A stretch of DNA of 64,000 nucleotides, from the NCBI RefSeq assembly GCF_046119375.1, contig NW_027362771.1:116374001-116438000 (forward strand), written 5' to 3'. Below, one piece after another: positions 58,259 through 64,000 of this stretch (the stretch's first letter is position 1; each line of letters begins with the position of its first letter). Source of the stretch: Phyllobates terribilis. Lineage: Eukaryota. Under the pieces are notes generated by a model. The model worked only from the letters and a program-made list of their open reading frames with translations. It had not been told where the DNA came from and made no database searches. The position numbers and the translations under genes are program-made.

Positions 58259-59930
58259 GTGGCTGTAGCTATGAGGGCACTACCATGGCTGTAATGGGAG
58301 CACTATGGATACCAATATTAGGGTGCTGTTCCTGTGCTTTGTGGCTGTAGTTATGAGGGCACTACCATAGCTATAATGGGACTACTATGACTACCATTAT
58401 TAGGGTGCTGCTCCTGTGCTTTGTGGCTGTAGTTATGAGGGCACTACCATAGCTATAATGGGACTACTATGACTACCATTATTAGGGTGCTGTTCCTGTG
58501 CTTTGTGGCTGTAGTTATGAGGGCACTACCATAGCTATAATGGGACTACTATGACTACCATTATTAGGGTGCTGTTCCTGTGCTTTGTGGCTGTAGTTAT
58601 GAGGGCACTACCATAGATATAATGGGACTACTATGACTACCATTATTAGGGTGCTGTTCCTGTGCTTTGTGGCTGTAGTTATGAGGGCACTACCATAGCT
58701 ATAATGGGACTACTATGACTACCATTATTAGGGTGCTGTTCCTGTGCTTTGTGGCTGTAGTTATGAGGGCACTACCATAGCTATAATGGGACTACTATGG
58801 CTACAATTATTAGGGTGCTGCTCCTGTGCTTTGTGGCTGTAGTTATGAGGGCACTACCATAGCTATAATGGGACTACTATGACTACCATTATTAGGGTGC
58901 TGCTCCTGTGCTTTGTGGCTGTAGTTATGAGGGCACTACCATAGCTATAATGGGACTACTATGACTACCATTATTAGGGTGCTGTTCCTGTGCTTTGTGG
59001 CTGTAGTTATGAGGGCACTACCATAGATATAATGGGACTACTATGACTACCATTATTAGGGTGCTGTTCCTGTGCTTTGTGGCTGTAGTTATGAGGGCAC
59101 TACCATAGCTATAATGGGACTACTATGACTACCATTATTAGGGTGCTGTTCCTGTGCTTTGTGGCTGTAGTTATGAGGGCACTACCATAGCTATAATGGG
59201 ACTACTATGGCTACAATTATTAGGGTGCTGTTCCTGTGCTTTGTGGGTGTAGTTATGAGGGCACTACCATGGCTATAATGGGACTACTATGGCTACAATT
59301 ATTAGGGTGCTGTTCCTGTGCTTTGTGGGTGTAGTTATGAGGGCACTACCATGGCTATAATGGGACTACTATGGCTACAATTATTAGGGTGCTGTTCCTG
59401 TGCTTTGTGGGTGTAGTTATGAGGGCACTACCATGGCTATAATGGGAGCACTCTGGCTACCAGTATTAGGGTGCCGTTCCTGTGCTTTGTGGCTGTAGTT
59501 ATGAGGTCACTACCATAGCTATAATGGGAGCACTCTGGCTACCAATATTAGGGTGCTGTTGTTGGGCATTGTGGCCATAGTTATCAGCCCGCAGTCATAG
59601 CTATAATGTGAGCACTATGGATACCAATATTAGGGTGCTCTTCCTGTGCTTTGTGGCTGTAGTTATGAGGGCACTACCATAGCTATAATGGGAGCACTAT
59701 GGATACCAATATTAGGGTGCTCTTCCTGTTCTTTGTGGCTGTAGTCATGAGGGCACTACCATAGCTCTAATGGGAGCACTCTGGCTACCAATATTAGGGT
59801 GCTCTTCCAGTGCTTTGTGGCTGTAGTTATGAGGGCACTACCATAGCTATAATGGGAGTACTCTGGCTACCATTATTAGGGTGCTGTTCCTGGGCTTAAT
59901 GATCATAGTTATGAGGGCACTACCATAGCC
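58259..59930. repeat. 82-bp minisatellite (~20 copies)
   Basis: Unit gtggctgtagttatgagggcactaccatagctataatgggactactatgactaccattattagggtgctgttcctgtgcttt. Confidence 0.95.
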
Positions 59931-60041
59931 AGCATCACCTGTGCGGCCACACGGGCCCAGGAGGTAAGGGGGCCCATTTCTACCTCCAAAGCAGGTGCAA
60001 TTTTGCATTTTTAGGAGCTCTTGGGCTGCAAAGGGCTCATA

Positions 60042-60300
60042 CAGTTGAAACCAGAAGTTTACATACACTATATAAAAAGACACATTATACCTGTTTTTCT
60101 CGATATCTGAAGTGAAATCAGAATAAACCTTTCCCGTTTTAGGTCAATTAGGATTACGATAATTTTTAATATTTGCCAAATGCCAGAATTATGAGAGAGA
60201 GAGAATGTTTTAAGGCAATTTTATTACTTACTGAAAAGTCAAAAGTTTACATACACTAAGATTACTATGCCTTTAAACAATTCTGGACTGCCCATATGAT
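60042..60300 (+). mobile_element. Isolated left IR/DR of a Sleeping Beauty-like Tc1
   Basis: ta|cagttgaaaccagaagtttacatacact with inner DR gtcaaaagtttacatacactaag; resembles the SB TIR CAGTTGAAGTCGGAAGTTTACATACAC. Confidence 0.75.
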
Positions 60301-60823
60301 GATGTGGCCAGTCACGCTACCGGGGCTGGTTTCTGGCCCGATATAAGTCCCATTATATCTTATAGAAACTGGTGGCAGCTCTACCAGACCGACAATGTTC
60401 TGTTTCACTGGGGTCGGTGGAAGGGGCCTCTCAGAATGTCGGGTGTGAGCGAGTGTGGTGCCACGTCAGTGACTGAGTGGGCCACCTCTTCAAACTCCCG
60501 GTGCCTTCTTGTACCCGGGCGGACAGGGGGTGTCTGTGTAGAACTGTACCAATCTGACCTTACGCATTCCCGAGGGGATGTGGAACGTCACGTTAGTGCA
60601 AAGGGCAGATCCGTATCACGTGTTCCGTCTGACATAATTGTGACGTCAGGCGGGTGGCGAGGTGTGGATCCTTCACAAGTGGTGACAGCGGTGGGATTCT
60701 GCAGGGTCTCTCCGATGCCATTTTTCACAAGTGGTGGCAGCGGTGGGATTCTGCTGGGTCTCTCTGGTGCCATTCTTCACAGTCTTTCTCCCAGAAAATT
60801 GGGAGGATTCACATCCTAACTAA

Positions 60824-61005
60824 GGCCACGTTCACACGTTGAGTATTTAGTCAGTGCTTGACCTTAGTATGTGTAAGCCAAAACCAGGAGTGGGTGATAA
60901 ATACAGAAGTGGTGATGTGTTTCTATTATACGTCTCCTCTGATTGTTCCACTCCTGGTTTTGGCTTACACATACTGATGTAAAATACTGAACCAAATATT
61001 CACTA
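60824..61005. mobile_element. Harbinger-type MITE, same family as the split copy at 44151/50186
   Basis: taa|ggccacgttcacacgttgagtattt; inner palindrome aagccaaaaccaggagtgg / ccactcctggttttggctt. Confidence 0.7.
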
Positions 61006-61179
61006 GGCCCCTTTGACCATGAAATGCACTGGCCAGTTTCTGTGGGTATCTCCTCACGGAGATATTGTCCTCTTATTTCACCACTAGCACAGCAGGCGGG
61101 CATTGGCGGGATTAATGGCGCACATTCCTTGTACCTCAGCCCGAGGTCATGGTCTGTATTACCTCTACAACAACAGCGC

Positions 61180-61380
61180 AGTAAATCCCCGCCCCCTAAA
61201 GCGCTAACTTAACTGTACCAGAGAAAGACGTACTGCGCAAGCGCGGATACTGTTCCCTCTCAGAAGGGTGTGTCTGTGTTTAAATATCAACAAAACATTG
61301 CCCTAGCAACCAAACTCAGAGGGGGTGGCGTGTAACAAGAGTGGCAGATTACTTCCGTAAATATGTGACGTCACAAACAG
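61180..61380. promoter_or_regulatory. Candidate housekeeping promoter cluster (possible UQCC6/TDG bidirectional promoter)
   Basis: GC box ccccgcccc, NRF1-like tgcgcaagcgc, RFX half-site ccctagcaac, ETS acttccg and CRE tgacgtca within 200 bp. Confidence 0.4.
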
Positions 61381-62944
61381 GATCATGCCATTCTATCTAC
61401 TTCTATTTTTATATTAATTTTCATCTGGTTAAAGTGTAGAAACATTAACAATTATATCAAAGACTGCCTGTAATAGAAAAGGACACGTTCCTGTAAGCCA
61501 TTCGTCAGTGAGAGCAAAAAAGAAACCGTGACATATTCGCAGTGGCCCGTGTTCTTTGTTTGACATGTTCCATCCCTCACCCAACAATCAGCTGTGAGCT
61601 GGAGCTGAACAAAAACACCAGACAGGCAGCAAGCCAAGGTGTCCTGGCGGCTATACATGGCGGGTGTCCGCAGCCGGGGGTAAGAGACCTGAGCAGCGCA
61701 CGGATCCGCAGACGGAGCTTCTGACACTCACCTCATCTGTCCCATCACTGCACCATGACAGCAAGCACATGAATGCAGCACCAGAACTACCGTCAACACA
61801 TGAATGCAGTGCCAGAACCACTGTCAGTACATGAATTCAACGCCAGAACCACCGTCAGTACATGAATAAATCATCAAGCTTAGTACAGCGGAATTGCAAT
61901 GTCAGGTCAGCCCCACCTACAATTGTATCACATGAACCTACAACTCCCAGTATGTCTTTAACAATGGTAAGGAGATACTGGGAGTTGTTGTTAACAGTCA
62001 TCATCAGACCATACATGAACCATAGCACTGATGAGATGCAGGAAAGATTACAAATAAACAATTACATCCAGTTACATCTTCTCTGATTGATGTCGTTCCA
62101 ATCCCTTTTTGTCTCTACGTAGTAGATGCCATGATGAAAAGTCATGCCCAGAGCTTGTCTCTGCAGACTTCCCGTCTCCCCATCTTCAGCAGCACTTCCA
62201 GACACGGTGTCCTTAAAAATAAAAGTATAATTATACTGCCCCATGAATAAAAATATCTCCCAAGCTGTGCCTCTGAATACATAATTGTTTGTGCTTCTTG
62301 CACAAAATATCCCACCCCACATTGCCCTTCTCCATAATATCCCCCACACTGCACCTCTGCAAATTGTCCTTGTACACAGCCTTTCTTCAGAATACACCCC
62401 CACACACACACTGACCCTCTTTAAAATATCCCCTACACGGCCCCTCTAAATAAAGTACCATCCTCCACCACTGCCTCTCGCAAAACTGTGCCCTTTCACA
62501 ATTGTCACCCTCATTATGTTCCCTCACAGTAACATTTACCCCCTCTCTCCTTATCCACAATAATAATCTTCAGCTCCTTGATGGAGCACTTACTATTGGC
62601 TGCACCGTCTCTTCTCCTCCGCGGCGCTTCAGTGCCGGTAGCTTTGTGATGACGTCAGCAGTGTGCTGACCTCATCAACCCGCTGCACATCTGAGCTGGG
62701 ATTGAGGGGCGCTCCTCTACCCTGGTCCCGCACCACAGTGTTCAAATGTGTTCGCATCTGAAATATGCAAATACAATTGAATATAAGAAGGGAGTGGCGT
62801 CTCTCAGACGGCTCCACCGGCTGCAGCAAAACCTTTTGCAGGCCACATGTGGCCCGCAGGTCGTATGTTGTGCAGACCTGCCATAGACTATTGCTACTCA
62901 GGGATAGAAACACTGGAGCCTGCTATTTCTGGGGAGCCATCCTG

Positions 62945-64000
62945 ACTATAGGTTTCACCCTATACCTGGGGTGGGCAATTAATTTTCCAGAGGGGCCACA
63001 TGAGAGACCATGACTATTGTGGAGGGGCGAACCGATAGGCTAAAATTAACTCTGCTCAATATTAATATTAACATATTAATTATAATTACTTTATATTAAT
63101 ATTAATTGTATCACTTAATATTGATCAGAATTAAGTATGCAGACATCCCTCTATATACCGTTTGAGCACACACACAGCCCTCTATATACCATAAGAGCCT
63201 CCACACCGCCTCCCCATGTCCAGCAGGAGACCCCCATGGCCTCCCCATGTGCAGCAGGAGACCCCCATAGCCTCCCAATGTACAGCAACTGACCCCCATA
63301 CCCTCCCCATATCCTGCAACTGACCCCCATAGCCTTCCCATGTCCAGCAACTAACCCCTATAGCCTCCCCATGTCCAGCAACTGACCCCCAGAGTCTCCC
63401 CATGTCCACCAACTGACCCCATAGCCTCCCAAAGTCCAGCAACTGACCCCATAGCCTCCCCATGTCCAACAACTGACCCCATAGCCTCCCCATGTACAGC
63501 AACTGACCCCCATTGCCTCCCCATGTCCAGCAGGAAACCCCCATAGCCTCCCCATGTCCTGCAACTGACCCTCATAGCCTCCCCATGTCCAGCAACTGAC
63601 CCCGATAGCCTCCCCATGCCCTGCAACTGACCCACCATAGCCTCCCTATGTCCTGCAACTGACCCCCATAGCCATGAAAAAAAAACCTACACGCACCTTG
63701 CTCCCGTTCCTGTTGCCCCGGCGCTGTGCTTCTGCTAGTGTCTCCAGTGAACAGCTCAGCTGAGCTGATGCGATGACATGACGTCATCGCGTCAGCTATC
63801 TCACTCACTGATTGGTAGAAGAAGGGGCCGGCGGTGCCATCTTCCACCAATGCAATCACCGCTGTCTGCATCCTGAGGATGCAGATAGCGGTGACAGTGG
63901 GCAGCGGCGGACAGGTGGGGGAGGGCGCGGTGCGGCCTGTGAGCCACTGTTTTCAGTCCACGGCTGTCTCAGTTCGCAGGCCGGATGGGGACAGCCACAG
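62945..64000. mobile_element. hAT-like MITE with a ~31-bp tandem array (~63205-63675); runs to the window edge
   Basis: cctggggtgggcaattaattttcc terminus; unit gcaactgacccccatagcctccccatgtcca. Confidence 0.6.

Noticed and set aside
63111-63871. MGRLWG-repeat ORFs, and similar ones at 36749-37130
   Set aside because: Translations of minisatellites inside MITEs.

Overview
Vertebrate genomic DNA, very probably an anuran amphibian (inferred from the repeat families). It covers the conserved TTC41 - HSP90B1 - UQCC6(C12orf73/BRAWNIN) neighbourhood. Host genes: the first coding exon of TTC41 (minus); the complete 18-exon HSP90B1/GRP94 gene (plus, 807 aa, ending KDEF rather than KDEL) behind a head-to-head promoter with three ERSE-type elements; and both coding exons of the microprotein gene UQCC6 (minus, 65 aa, absent from the ORF track). 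Almost everything else is transposon-derived and deeply nested. A complete ~6 kb DIRS1-like tyrosine-recombinase retrotransposon (about 17.0-36.3 kb, minus) is split by four later insertions: a Tc1, a solo LTR and two full LTR elements. The most striking object is a non-autonomous LTR element (23624-28476) with two ~97% identical LTRs, a tRNA-Ala PBS, a PPT and a 4-bp TSD. It has no gag/pol and carries an intronless chimeric ORF of cingulin-like coiled coil fused to an FXR1/FMR1-family KH region. A second LTR element encodes only an intact 783-aa Gag-N/acidic-repeat protein. Also present: a minimal hammerhead ribozyme, a fold-back Tc1 inside a UQCC6 intron, a second nested stack, several Tc1 relics, MITEs and minisatellites. 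No CRISPR or prokaryotic features. Homology calls come from recalled family motifs, not database searches.
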